24,000 bases of DNA from Rheinheimera riviphila (GCF_004005945.1 NZ_SACS01000003.1:56790-80789), one strand, 5' to 3'; positions 1 through 9,115 are shown, counted from the stretch's first letter. Program-made: numbers and translations. Notes: a model not told the origin generated them from the sequence alone.

Positions 1-44
1 AAACAACTGTTTTGCCGCAGTTAAAACGGCAGACAAAACAGTTG
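1..44 (-). terminator. Possible rho-independent terminator downstream of the small CDS 87..326
   Basis: Imperfect hairpin: CAACTGTTTT (4-13) pairs with AAAACAGTTG (35-44), and GCCG (14-17) pairs with CGGC (27-30), with a bulge. On the minus strand only TTT follows the stem before the window ends, so the U-tract cannot be fully seen. Confidence 0.35.
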
Positions 45-86
45 CGACAAGCGTTACGACGACCCACTTAACCAGGCGACTAAAGG

Positions 87-326
87 CTATTCACCGGCGG
101 ACAGGATCCGCAGTGCCGTCTGCACATGCTCGGCACAGTGCCTGCCAAGATCAGTGAGGTAACCGCCGTCTTCATGGGTGACCAGGCCTTTTTTGTAAAG
201 TCTGGCCACAGCCGCCAGACTTTCCGGATCTGCAGATTTATGGGCTTTAATCCCTTCCAGACTCGTATCGAGATTAAATAAATTCAAAATCCGGATCTCA
301 GCATTTAATTCGGCATTAACTGGCAT
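87..326 (-). CDS. Small conserved hypothetical protein (79 aa), possibly the gammaproteobacterial TIGR02647-like putative DNA-binding family
   Basis: The ORF is open over 87..377. I prefer the internal ATG at 326 because AAGGAG (331-336 on the minus strand) lies 4 nt upstream of it. The family suggestion comes from memory of size and sequence character only. Confidence 0.6.
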   Translation of the reverse strand: MPVNAELNAEIRILNLFNLDTSLEGIKAHKSADPESLAAVARLYKKGLVTHEDGGYLTDLGRHCAEHVQTALRILSAGE

Positions 327-388
327 ATCGACTCCTTTAAATGATTGCAGTTCAACCATAGCCGCAGCAGGCGGCAAATGGCAAGCAA

Positions 389-946
389 TTAATTCAGTGC
401 ATCGTCACGCCAGAATTTAGTGCCTTTAATCGTCGCCTGTAATGCTAAACCAGATTCAGTCAGCTGATAAATGGTGATGTTATCGACGGTAATTTCACCG
501 CCAATCGCATCCCCTTTATCTTTGGCTTTAGCTGCAGCGTCCAGCTGGCCGCCAAAAGCCCAACCATGATCAACAAAACGATTGAGCGCTTCTGGGGTAT
601 GGAACACAAATACCAGCCGGTAATCTTTGGCGCCGATGCCAAGACCAACCCCAACCTCACCCATTTTCATATAGGTCACAGCACCATTGTTGCTGTGCAC
701 CACACCATAACCGCCACCGGCGCTGGCGAAAATCAGATTGATGTTGGCGTTACTGAACACCGCATATCCGGCCGCACGTTCGATGGTATCGGCGGCATAA
801 GGTTTGTCCCGATACAGCGCATTTAAGGTGTTGGCGCGCATGTTTTCAATCGACTGGCGCTGCTGCGCCACGGTTTTGCCCTGATGACTGGCACAACCGC
901 TCAGCAGCAACATCACAGAGATGCATAGGGTAAGCATGAACTTCAT
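389..946 (-). CDS. Lipoprotein, SYLF/DUF500-like domain
   Basis: ATG start. The N-terminus MKFMLTLCISVMLLLSGC has a signal peptide plus an LSGC lipobox. The Gly-rich body (FASAGGGYGVV, GVGLGIGA, WAFGG) resembles SYLF (Ysc84-like) domains. An AGGAAA RBS is present and the start lies only 9 nt after the upstream protease gene. Confidence 0.75.
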   Translation of the reverse strand: MKFMLTLCISVMLLLSGCASHQGKTVAQQRQSIENMRANTLNALYRDKPYAADTIERAAGYAVFSNANINLIFASAGGGYGVVHSNNGAVTYMKMGEVGVGLGIGAKDYRLVFVFHTPEALNRFVDHGWAFGGQLDAAAKAKDKGDAIGGEITVDNITIYQLTESGLALQATIKGTKFWRDDALN

Positions 947-955
947 GGTGGTTTC

Positions 956-3900
956 CTATTTTATAGTTTTTGGACCTGTCGCATCGGCTGCGCTACCTGC
1001 TGGTAACGGCAATGCCTGCATTTTGACCGGCGGAACTTGTTTAAGTTGCTGTTGCAAATAACTAATTGCTGCAACTAATTGTGCATCATGCCCGTTAAAT
1101 GTTGCCAAAGGCAAATTTTCCACTACCAGATCCGGGCTCACGCCACGCCCTTCAATCAGCCAACGCCCATCCATCGCGTGCTGCGCCGTTTCCGCAACAC
1201 GGGCCACGCCGTAGTCACTCAGCAGATTGCGACCTGACAGCCAAACACCAGCGCCCGCGGTCTGTTTGCCAATCAATTTGCCAAGCCCCAGAGTTTTAAT
1301 GCCTGCGGCAAAAGTCTCGCCATCGGAATACGTCAGCTCATCGGTTAGCACCACCAACTGGCCATTAAAGCTTTGTTGCATATTGGGATAAGCTTTGCCC
1401 CGCACCGGTTGCCAGAACGCCCAGGCACGGCGCAGCAGCTTTTCAATCAGGATACTGTCGATATTGCCGCCTCGGTTACGACGCACATCGATAATCAAAC
1501 CTGGTTTTTCCAGTTGGGCATAAAAATCACGGGCAAAACCGGCCAGATCCGGCGGCGTCATCGCATTGAGATGCAGATAACCAAGCTGCTGTTTGCTCAG
1601 GCTGGCGACCTGTTGCTGATTGGTCTGCACCCAATGGCTGTAGCGCAGCATGGTTTCCTGCTGCGGCGAAATGGCTTCGACGACAGTTTGCAGCACCGAT
1701 CCCTGACGTTTGAGTGTCAGCAGTACTTGTTTACCTTGTTGTTGCAACAACGCCTGATGATAAGAAGCTGCATCCGTGACCGCCTGACCGTTTACAGCAA
1801 GGATTTGGTCACCCGCTTTGGCATCAACACCGGCTTTGGCCAATGGCGCTGCCAGCAAAGGTAAATCCGGGTCGGTTCGGTAGATTTGGTTAATCCAGAC
1901 GGCATTATCGGCAAAACGCAGCTGCGCGCCTAAAGTCGCTTGTACTACCTGCTCCAGCGGTTTTGCAAAATCATTGCCACGCACCTGCGAATGCAGTGCA
2001 TCCAATTCGCCCATCATCTGACTGAATAAATCATCCAGCTCGTAGCGGTCGCGCACCCGGTTTAACAGCGGCTGATAGCGCTTTTTACTGGCTTGCCAGT
2101 CCACACCACGCATGGCGGGGTCAAACAACGAATCACGGTGCATGATCCAGGCATCATTAAACATCTGTTGCCATTCAGCAGCGGGTTGCAGTGAAATACT
2201 CAAATCTTTGGTCGCTAACGCTTTGCCTTGCAGATTATCCGGCGCCTTGGCTGCGGCATCCAGCAACAATAAATCGGTTTGTTCCGGCGTTGGCTTTTTG
2301 CTTAACAGCAGCTGTTTACCGTCATGACTTAATGAAAAATCGACCACCTGTTCACTGAAAGTGGCGGTGTCAGGTTTGAGCGCGTCAATCGCCACGGTTT
2401 TCAGTGTTCCGGTATTGGCACCTTGGGCTGAGTCCAGTAAAAACAGGAACTTATCATTGAGCTCCAGCTTTTGATAATTGCCGGCTGCGACCGGAATTGG
2501 ATACAGCTGGCCAGGCAATTGCGCTAACGGTATTGCTGCGGCTTTGGCTGGTTTGGCATCATCTTTCGCTGCCGCTGCATTTGGCAAAGGACTTGGCAAG
2601 GAACTCAGTTCATTCGGCGCTAAAAATGGCTGTTTGGCACCTTGGGTTAACGCCAACGCGTAGACCTGCGTTCTTTTATCAAAGGCCGGCCCCATATTAC
2701 GATCGCCCCAAGGCGATGCCGGACTGGCTTCAAACTGGCGCTGCGATAAAAAATACAACCAATTGCCATCCGGGCTAAAGGCCGGACTAAAGGACGAATA
2801 ATTTTCGGTGGTCAGCAATTGGCTTTGTTTTGATTGCAGCTGATACAACATCAACTGTGGCCGTTCGCGGTCTTTGTGTTCAAAGGTAAAGGCTAATTGT
2901 TGGCTGTCACTCGACCAGACAATATTTGGATAAGGGGATAATCCGGAGCCGTCTTGATAAATCAGCTGATTGGTTCCCGATTGCAGATCCAGCAACCACA
3001 AATGACCGGCTTTATCATCATGCGCTAAATAACGGCCATCCGGCGATGGATACAAGCCCCAGCGAAAGGTGTTGCCATCTTTGGTCAGCTGCTTTGCCCC
3101 GGCACTGCCATCAGCGGCAAAGCGCCAGATTTCGTTCTCACCGGACTGGTCATTAATCGCATAGACAAATTTGCCGTCGGGGCTTAATACTGCACTTCTG
3201 GAGCGACTGGTGTCTTTGGTGGCAATAGTCACAGCGCGGCGTGGTGGTTTACTCAGCACCGCCAGTTTGCCGCGCACCGTTACCACGGCTTTTTCGGCTT
3301 TACCCGCCAAACTGGCCGACGTCAGATAAGTCAGCGGTTTATCAATAAAACGCTGGCGCTGATAAGGTGCATCGGAGCGTAACGTCAGCTGCAGTTTTTG
3401 TGGTTTTGCGCCTGCAGCACTGTTCAGTGCCAGCTGATAGATGTCAGCGCCTAACTGGTAAACCGCATGATCGCCATCAACCCGGAAACTACGCAGCTGA
3501 AAATCCTGCTCGGCAGTGATAGCTTTGCCAGCTGCACCATCCAAATCAAACTGCCAAACATTCGGATTGCCAGAGGCATCGCTGACCAACAGGATTTTAT
3601 CGCGCCATAATTGCACTTGGCGTACTGAACCAACATGATCCGCTGCCAGCCGGGTCGCTTCTGTTTTGCTACCTAAATTACCGTCTAAATTGCCGTCTAA
3701 ATTGCCGTCTAAATGATACCGCCACAGCTGACCCATGGCGCCGCCGCGATACACGCGAGCATTGTCGCCGGTCAGTTGCAGGCCATATCGAATGAAATAC
3801 AGGTACTCGCCTTTGGCATCGATGACACCTTCCACCGCATCGGCCAGGGGCAAGGTTTCCGTTTCGAGCGTCTCTGGATCCACCATTTTCAGCAGCCATC

Positions 3901-4345
3901 GGTTGGCCGGGCCAACCTGATGGTCGGTGCTGTACAAAATTTTACCGTCGGCGGTCCAGCCTTGCACTTTCACTTTGCTGTTTTCAAAACTAACCCGTTT
4001 GGGCAAACCACCGTCTTTACTCAGCACATAGACTTCGCTGACGCCATCGTAATTGGCCTGATAAGCCAACCATTGTCCGTCCCTCGACCACTGCGCATTG
4101 ATTTCTTCTGCCGGATGAGTGGTCAGTCTTTGCGCTGGAGAGGTTGAGCCAAGCTGCTGCAACCACAAATCGCCCTCAGCGGTAAACACCAGTTGATCCA
4201 GATGCAAAGCCGGCGCCCGGTAATAACCCTGTTGCTGCGAGGCCAAGGCTGGCAAAGCAGCCAGACAACAAAGCACAGTGACCGATAACTTAAACACCGG
4301 TGACGACAATTTAATCGAGGGTAAAGACAACGCAAACCTGGCCAT
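956..4345 (-). CDS. Secreted tricorn-protease homologue (TolB-like beta-propellers + PDZ + S41 peptidase)
   Basis: About 1129 aa. There are repeated PD40-type motifs (WSRDGQWLAY, LSPDGKFVY, PSPDGRYLA, WSSDSQQLAF, FSPDGNWLYF). A PDZ-like segment (GDQILAVNGQAV) and a C-terminal S41-like region (RRNRGGNIDS, VVLTDELTYSDGETFA) follow. I prefer the start at ATG 4345 (MARFAL...ALPALA/SQQ signal peptide) over the ORF-track start at 4420. Confidence 0.85.
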   Translation of the reverse strand: MARFALSLPSIKLSSPVFKLSVTVLCCLAALPALASQQQGYYRAPALHLDQLVFTAEGDLWLQQLGSTSPAQRLTTHPAEEINAQWSRDGQWLAYQANYDGVSEVYVLSKDGGLPKRVSFENSKVKVQGWTADGKILYSTDHQVGPANRWLLKMVDPETLETETLPLADAVEGVIDAKGEYLYFIRYGLQLTGDNARVYRGGAMGQLWRYHLDGNLDGNLDGNLGSKTEATRLAADHVGSVRQVQLWRDKILLVSDASGNPNVWQFDLDGAAGKAITAEQDFQLRSFRVDGDHAVYQLGADIYQLALNSAAGAKPQKLQLTLRSDAPYQRQRFIDKPLTYLTSASLAGKAEKAVVTVRGKLAVLSKPPRRAVTIATKDTSRSRSAVLSPDGKFVYAINDQSGENEIWRFAADGSAGAKQLTKDGNTFRWGLYPSPDGRYLAHDDKAGHLWLLDLQSGTNQLIYQDGSGLSPYPNIVWSSDSQQLAFTFEHKDRERPQLMLYQLQSKQSQLLTTENYSSFSPAFSPDGNWLYFLSQRQFEASPASPWGDRNMGPAFDKRTQVYALALTQGAKQPFLAPNELSSLPSPLPNAAAAKDDAKPAKAAAIPLAQLPGQLYPIPVAAGNYQKLELNDKFLFLLDSAQGANTGTLKTVAIDALKPDTATFSEQVVDFSLSHDGKQLLLSKKPTPEQTDLLLLDAAAKAPDNLQGKALATKDLSISLQPAAEWQQMFNDAWIMHRDSLFDPAMRGVDWQASKKRYQPLLNRVRDRYELDDLFSQMMGELDALHSQVRGNDFAKPLEQVVQATLGAQLRFADNAVWINQIYRTDPDLPLLAAPLAKAGVDAKAGDQILAVNGQAVTDAASYHQALLQQQGKQVLLTLKRQGSVLQTVVEAISPQQETMLRYSHWVQTNQQQVASLSKQQLGYLHLNAMTPPDLAGFARDFYAQLEKPGLIIDVRRNRGGNIDSILIEKLLRRAWAFWQPVRGKAYPNMQQSFNGQLVVLTDELTYSDGETFAAGIKTLGLGKLIGKQTAGAGVWLSGRNLLSDYGVARVAETAQHAMDGRWLIEGRGVSPDLVVENLPLATFNGHDAQLVAAISYLQQQLKQVPPVKMQALPLPAGSAADATGPKTIK
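3674..3715. repeat. 12-bp tandem repeat, about 3.5 copies (TAAATTGCCGTC), in frame inside the tricorn-like protease gene
   Basis: Read directly: taaattaccgtc / taaattgccgtc / taaattgccgtc / taaatg. On the minus strand it encodes HLDGNLDGNLDGNLGSK. Confidence 0.9.
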
Positions 4346-4480
4346 GTTGCTGATCCAACTGAGTGAAAAGTCCATCAACATAACAAAGCATTGACAACTC
4401 CTACAGTCACCAGCGGACAAAACTCGTTCAACGGCAGGGATTTAACGTTTAAATTCTGTGCACAGTGCAACATTGGGGCG

Positions 4481-4506
4481 AAAAAAAGGGCCGCTACTGC
4501 GACCCT
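4481..4506 (-). terminator. Rho-independent terminator of htpX
   Basis: The minus strand reads AGGGTCGC-AGTA-GCGGCCCT followed by TTTTTTT. It lies about 65 nt downstream of the htpX stop. Confidence 0.65.
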
Positions 4507-4569
4507 GAACGGTTGAGAACTGTGCCCACGCCAGCTGAAAAGCCCGGCGGATCAAGTGACTTCAATAAA

Positions 4570-5445
4570 TTAAAAACCTGATCTTAAAGCCGCAATCCGT
4601 TTTTCCAGCGGCGGGTGACTCATAAAGAGTTCCGAAGCGGCCGGTTTGTTGGCAATACCAAACGCCATCATTGACCCTTCTAACTGGCTTTCATGGTTGT
4701 TGCGCAGGCGTTCCAGCGCTGCAATCATTTTATCCGCACCCACTAACTTGGCCGCACCGGCATCGGCGCTGTATTCACGTTTGCGCGAGAACCACATCAC
4801 GATGATGCTGGCCAGCACGCCAAAAATCATTTCCAGTACAAACACTGTGGCCATATAAGCCAAACCGCCCTGCGCCGGTTCTTCGCTATCGCTGCTGCGG
4901 GTAGCGTTGGAAATTGCACCGGCAATCAACCGCGCCATGAAAATCACGAAGGTATTGACCACACCCTGGATCAGCGTCAGCGTCACCATATCGCCATTAG
5001 CAACGTGCGAAATTTCATGCGCCAACACCGCTTCTACTTCATCTTCGCGCATATTGCGCAGTAAGCCGGTACTCACGGCAACCAACGAGCTATTGCGGCT
5101 CATACCGGTGGCAAAGGCATTCATTTCCGGTGAATCATAAATGGCAACTTCCGGCATTTTAATGCCCGCTTTGGCCGACTGGTTTTTCACAGTGGTAAAT
5201 AACCATTGTTCAGTCGCGTTACGCGGTTGTTCAATAACAACAGCGCCGGTTGAGCGTTTGGCCATCCATTTTGACATCGCCAGTGAAATAAATGAGCCAC
5301 CAAAACCAAACACCGCGGCCAGCGTTAATAATCCACCCATGCTGTTGCGGCTGATGCCAAATACCGAAAAGACGATACTCAGCACAATAGACAACACCAG
5401 CATCACTGCTAAGTTTGTCAATAAAAACAGCATTATACGTTTCAT
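4570..5445 (-). CDS. htpX: Zinc metalloprotease HtpX (M48 family, membrane heat-shock protease)
   Basis: Near-colinear with E. coli HtpX: [17 protein letters not shown], the [12 protein letters not shown] zinc motif (HExxH), and a [14 protein letters not shown] tail. An AAGAGG RBS precedes the ATG. Confidence 0.95.
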   Translation of the reverse strand: MKRIMLFLLTNLAVMLVLSIVLSIVFSVFGISRNSMGGLLTLAAVFGFGGSFISLAMSKWMAKRSTGAVVIEQPRNATEQWLFTTVKNQSAKAGIKMPEVAIYDSPEMNAFATGMSRNSSLVAVSTGLLRNMREDEVEAVLAHEISHVANGDMVTLTLIQGVVNTFVIFMARLIAGAISNATRSSDSEEPAQGGLAYMATVFVLEMIFGVLASIIVMWFSRKREYSADAGAAKLVGADKMIAALERLRNNHESQLEGSMMAFGIANKPAASELFMSHPPLEKRIAALRSGF

Positions 5446-5501
5446 GTTTACCTCTTTACTTCTGATGTTAAGACCAGCATATTTAAAATTCCTGTCCTTA
5501 C

Positions 5502-5528
5502 TATATGGTCTGATTTTTGATTTTCAAT
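5502..5528 (-). promoter_or_regulatory. Candidate sigma-32 (heat-shock) type promoter for htpX
   Basis: The minus strand reads cATTGAAA-N13-CCATATAg, compared with the remembered consensus CTTGAAA ... CCCCATnT. It lies about 55-85 nt upstream of the htpX ATG. The spacing is slightly short relative to the E. coli dnaK and groE promoters. Confidence 0.35.
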
Positions 5529-5659
5529 GTCGCCTCCACCACGATTTGTAAGCGGAAGTGTCACCGTCATGCCAAAGCCGCCAGCAAAACCTATGATGAC
5601 CCCTGCTGCAATCCCGCCAGCGCTGCCGTAGAATGCAGCAAACTTTCCCGGAGTTCTTT

Positions 5660-6367
5660 ATGCAGTTATTACTTTTAAGTTCATCCCGTGCTGATAACAG
5701 CGACTATTTAGCACCAGGTCTTGCTCAAATTACTGAAATTCTTGGCGATATCCAGCGGGTATTATTTATCCCCTACGCCGGTGTTAGTGTCGGTTACGAT
5801 GCTTATCAGCAGATGGTTCAATCTGCGCTCGGGACTATCGGGATCACGGTGGATAGCATTCATCAGTTTGAAAACCCAGCATTGGCAGTGGCCGAAGCAC
5901 AGGCGATCGTGATTGGTGGCGGCAATACCTTTCACTTGCTGCACCAACTGTATCAACATCAGCTGATTGAATTAATTCGTGAAAAAGTAACTGCGGGCAC
6001 GCCTTATATCGGCTGGAGCGCAGGCTCGAACCTTGCTGGACAAAGTATCCGCACCACCAACGATATGCCGATCATTGAACCACCGTCATTTAATGCACTG
6101 AATTTATTACCCTTTCAGCTTAACCCCCATTACACCGACTTTAAACCGGCCGGATTTCATGGCGAAACCCGCGATATGCGGTTAAATGAATTTATGCTGT
6201 TAAACCCAACCACGGCTATTTTCGGTTTACCTGAAGGCACCGCGCTGCGCCGCGAAGGCAATCAGCTGCATTATGTTGGCACTGTAACTGGTTATTTGTT
6301 TGTTGGTGGCGAAAAAACGCCGGTTGCACCCGGCGCTGATTTATCCGGCTTGTTGCAGCGGCCTTAG
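5660..6367 (+). CDS. pepE: Dipeptidase E (peptidase S51, alpha-aspartyl dipeptidase)
   Basis: Colinear with E. coli PepE: MQLLLLSSS vs MELLLLSNS, IVIGGGNTF, YIGWSAGSN (nucleophile Ser), RTTNDMPI, NPHY. ATG 5660 is preceded by GGAG at 5650-5653, so it is preferred over the ORF-track start at 5633. Confidence 0.9.
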   Translation: MQLLLLSSSRADNSDYLAPGLAQITEILGDIQRVLFIPYAGVSVGYDAYQQMVQSALGTIGITVDSIHQFENPALAVAEAQAIVIGGGNTFHLLHQLYQHQLIELIREKVTAGTPYIGWSAGSNLAGQSIRTTNDMPIIEPPSFNALNLLPFQLNPHYTDFKPAGFHGETRDMRLNEFMLLNPTTAIFGLPEGTALRREGNQLHYVGTVTGYLFVGGEKTPVAPGADLSGLLQRP

Positions 6368-7042
6368 CTAACGAAGGCTATGCAGCACTGCATCAGCCAG
6401 TTGCAGTGCAATCTGCACTGGCGCATCGCTTTGAAACGGCAATACCGCCAGCCGCGGCCAGGGTAAACGTTGCGTCAGATCCTTGATGTTGTCGTCCAGC
6501 AGTAACATCGTAGGATCTATCACATTGGCCACCCACCCCAGCACTGGCACGCCACTGCGTTGTAATTCGCGGGCGGTTAACATGGCATGATTTAAACAAC
6601 CGAGTTTCATGCCAACCACCAAAATTACCGGTAATTGCTGCTGTATCACCCAGTCGGCGAGATAAAGTTGTTCATTGATTGGCAATAACCAGCCACCAGC
6701 GCCTTCAATTAGTCTGATGCTGGCCGGTAACGTGGCAGTTTCAGCCAACTGCTGATCCAGCACTGACAAATCTAGCTCGATGCCTTCATTGGCTGCCGCC
6801 AAATGCGGTGCCACCGGTGCTTGCAGCAACAACGGATTCACCAGGTCGTAGGGCAAAGCAATAGCAGATAACGCCTGTAGAATTTTGGCATCGGCGTTTT
6901 TGCCATCCCCGTCCACCCCAGCGGCGATAGGTTTTAAGCCAATGGCAGGGATGTTTTGCGCAGCGAAGCCCGTCAATAGCAGGCGACTAACATAGGTTTT
7001 ACCGGCATCGGTATCAGTGCCGGTGATAAATACGGTTTGCAT
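6368..7042 (-). CDS. bioD: Dethiobiotin synthetase
   Basis: N-terminal P-loop FITGTDTDAGKT, about 224 aa, last gene of a bioBFCD string. Its ATG lies 1 nt after the bioC stop (TAAAATG). Confidence 0.93.
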   Translation of the reverse strand: MQTVFITGTDTDAGKTYVSRLLLTGFAAQNIPAIGLKPIAAGVDGDGKNADAKILQALSAIALPYDLVNPLLLQAPVAPHLAAANEGIELDLSVLDQQLAETATLPASIRLIEGAGGWLLPINEQLYLADWVIQQQLPVILVVGMKLGCLNHAMLTARELQRSGVPVLGWVANVIDPTMLLLDDNIKDLTQRLPWPRLAVLPFQSDAPVQIALQLADAVLHSLR

Positions 7043-7043
7043 T

Positions 7044-7928
7044 TTAGTCTGTTGCGCCCTGTTTGAAGCGAGCTGAACCTGGAACAGTCGCAGCAGCAGC
7101 GGGTTTAGTCACCACCAGTTGCAAGACCTGATAACTCAAAGGTAAACCCCTTGCGCCGCGAAACTGCTCATAGTTATTCGCAAAAGCCAACCAGCGCTGT
7201 TTGCCCATTAACCCTTGCCCTTGCCGACCTTGTACAAAGTTAGCACCAATCTGTTTAAAACCGCGCGCCAATGCCCGAACATCGGGATAAAACACCTGGT
7301 ACTGCTTCTGTTCACTGACGATATTCACACCAAGCGGTAGCAACTGCGCCAATAACTCAGTTGCTGCTAACAATTCAAGTTGATGGGCATCGTCATCGAC
7401 CCCGGCCCAGCTTTGCTGAAACTCCCTCAGCGACCCTTGCACTAAAGTGCTAAGCAGCAGCGTACCGCCTGGTTTTAGCAGCCGGCAAAGTTCGCTGAAA
7501 GCTTGTTGCGGTGTCGCACACCATTGCAGCATCAGACTGCTGAAAATCACATCAACACTGCCATCTGGCAGCGGGATCTGACAGACATCGGCCTGGATGT
7601 AGCGGCTGGCGCAGCCCAGTGTTTGCGCCTGTGCCAGCATCGCCGCGCTTAAATCGACCGCCCATAATTCGCTGCAATGGTTGACGAGTTGCGGATGATA
7701 CCAACCAGGGCCACAGCCGACGTCCAGTAACACCTGGTTTTGCTGTACTAAAGAAGGTATCGGCGCTGCGGCGGGCAAAAGAGCAGTCAGATCCAGCGCC
7801 ACCTGTTGCTGCAAAGTCGCCGCATTGACATAACTGCTGGCCGCTTTATCAAAATGGGCGGCAATCACCGGTGAAAATGACGACAACTTCATCCGGTCCT
7901 GTTGTTGTTCGTGTACCATGACAGCCAT
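7044..7928 (-). CDS. bioC: Malonyl-ACP O-methyltransferase
   Basis: Class I SAM methyltransferase motif LLDVGCGPG. The N-terminal region IAAHFDKAASSY matches E. coli BioC IAAAFGRAAAHY. The position between bioF and bioD fits. The start is placed at ATG 7928, which overlaps the bioF stop (TGATG). ATG 7892 (MKLSSF...) is an equally plausible alternative. The ORF-track extension to 8054 overlaps bioF and is rejected. Confidence 0.85.
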   Translation of the reverse strand: MAVMVHEQQQDRMKLSSFSPVIAAHFDKAASSYVNAATLQQQVALDLTALLPAAAPIPSLVQQNQVLLDVGCGPGWYHPQLVNHCSELWAVDLSAAMLAQAQTLGCASRYIQADVCQIPLPDGSVDVIFSSLMLQWCATPQQAFSELCRLLKPGGTLLLSTLVQGSLREFQQSWAGVDDDAHQLELLAATELLAQLLPLGVNIVSEQKQYQVFYPDVRALARGFKQIGANFVQGRQGQGLMGKQRWLAFANNYEQFRGARGLPLSYQVLQLVVTKPAAAATVPGSARFKQGATD

Positions 7929-9082
7929 CACAAAAGCGCCCTTAAACTTTGAAATAACAAGGCTAAATCTGCTTTTTGATGTAACGCTGTTAAGGTAATA
8001 CGAAGCCGTGCCTGCTGCTGCGGCACCGTTGGCGGACGAATGGCACTGAGCCAAATACCCTGCGCTCTGAGTTGCTCACTCACCACCATGGCCTTGTTGC
8101 TGTCGCCAATCAATAACGGCTGAATCGCACTATGAGATGGCAACAACGGCAAATCATATTGTCTTGCCAACTCCTGACAATATTGAATATTTTCAGCCAA
8201 ACGCTCGCGACGCCACGCATTTATGCGACATAAACGGATACTCTGGGTCATCGCCACCGCCATGGCCGGCGATAACGCGGTGCTGTAAATAAAATGCCGC
8301 GCACTTTGGGCTAAATAATCTGCCACCAATTGGGTGGTAGCCAAAAAACCGCCCTGACCGCCGAGCGCTTTACCAAAATTGGCCATCAGACACTGCGCAT
8401 CTTGAGTCGCCAGACCGGCCTGCACCAGTGACCCAGCACCTTCTGCACCTTGCACACCAATGCCGTGGGCATCGTCCAGTAACAACGGCGCCTGATACTG
8501 TTGACTCAACTTCAACAGCGTTGGTAGATCGGGCGAGTCACCATCCATACTAAAGACACCTTCGGTCGCAATGACGGCTGGCGCCTCGTGCTGGCTTTGC
8601 AGTAATTTTTGCAGCGAAACTACGTCATTATGCAAAAACCTTTTATAACCACCAGGTAACTGCAAAGCCGCATCAATCATCGAGGCATGGCTGAGTTTAT
8701 CCAGCAGCAACAGCTCGTCTTCGCCGCAGAGCCCCAATAACATTGCCTGATTGGCAGCAAAACCGGAGCTAAACAGCAGCACCGCTTCAACATTCAGCCA
8801 ATCACAGATTTCATCACAAAGCGCTTGATGCGGTTTTTGCTGGCCACTGATCAGCGGCGAGCCGGTACTGCCCACGCCAAAGTCGCTGGCGCCTTGTTGC
8901 AGCGCTGCGACGACCGCCGGGTCAGCGGATAAGCCCAGGTAATCGTTGCCGGAAAAATTTAAGAACAACTTACCCTGAAAGCTCAGGCTGGAACCTTTGA
9001 CAGCATCCAGTACTTTGAGTTGGCGCAGCAAGCCTGCCTGTTGGCGCTGTGCCAGCAACGCCTGCATCTGTTCAGCACGCAT
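7928..9082 (-). CDS. bioF: 8-amino-7-oxononanoate synthase
   Basis: NFSGNDYLGLS motif, a PLP-enzyme body (DDAHGIGV, the conserved FGKALG lysine region), about 384 aa. ATG 9082 aligns the N-terminus with E. coli BioF and has AAGG upstream. The ORF-track start at 9103 is a TTG codon. Confidence 0.9.
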   Translation of the reverse strand: MRAEQMQALLAQRQQAGLLRQLKVLDAVKGSSLSFQGKLFLNFSGNDYLGLSADPAVVAALQQGASDFGVGSTGSPLISGQQKPHQALCDEICDWLNVEAVLLFSSGFAANQAMLLGLCGEDELLLLDKLSHASMIDAALQLPGGYKRFLHNDVVSLQKLLQSQHEAPAVIATEGVFSMDGDSPDLPTLLKLSQQYQAPLLLDDAHGIGVQGAEGAGSLVQAGLATQDAQCLMANFGKALGGQGGFLATTQLVADYLAQSARHFIYSTALSPAMAVAMTQSIRLCRINAWRRERLAENIQYCQELARQYDLPLLPSHSAIQPLLIGDSNKAMVVSEQLRAQGIWLSAIRPPTVPQQQARLRITLTALHQKADLALLFQSLRALL

Positions 9083-9115
9083 CAGCAGCGCCTTGCCGGG
9101 CAATGATCATGACTA

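Noticed and set aside
327-377. Upstream extension (17 codons) of the small CDS.
   Set aside because: The internal ATG at 326 has a canonical AAGGAG RBS. The extension lacks an RBS and nearly abuts the stop of the upstream lipoprotein gene.
1373-4147. Plus-strand ORFs antisense to the tricorn-like protease (1373..1864 at 163 aa, 3713..4147 at 144 aa, and others).
   Set aside because: They are nested antisense in a 3.4-kb frame with clear domain motifs, and their translations look like noise.
4346-4420. 25-codon upstream extension of the tricorn-like protease ORF (MSAGDCRSCQCFVML...).
   Set aside because: The Cys-rich extension would bury the signal peptide. The signal peptide begins cleanly at the ATG at 4345.
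4456-4469. Overlapping palindromes CTGTGCACAG and TGCAC-A-GTGCA between the htpX terminator and the tricorn-like protease start.
   Set aside because: It is short and isolated, and I could not pair it with convincing -35/-10 elements. It may be a regulator site but the evidence is too thin to call.
5141-5551. 136-aa plus-strand ORF antisense to htpX, plus ORFs at 4646..4858 and 4907..5140.
   Set aside because: They are antisense to a strongly supported htpX frame, and I saw no RBS or motif.
7929-8054. N-terminal extension of the bioC ORF (42 extra codons) overlapping bioF.
   Set aside because: The extension has no similarity to the BioC N-terminus. ATG 7928 forms a TGATG coupling junction with the bioF stop, and the BioC-like sequence starts shortly after it.
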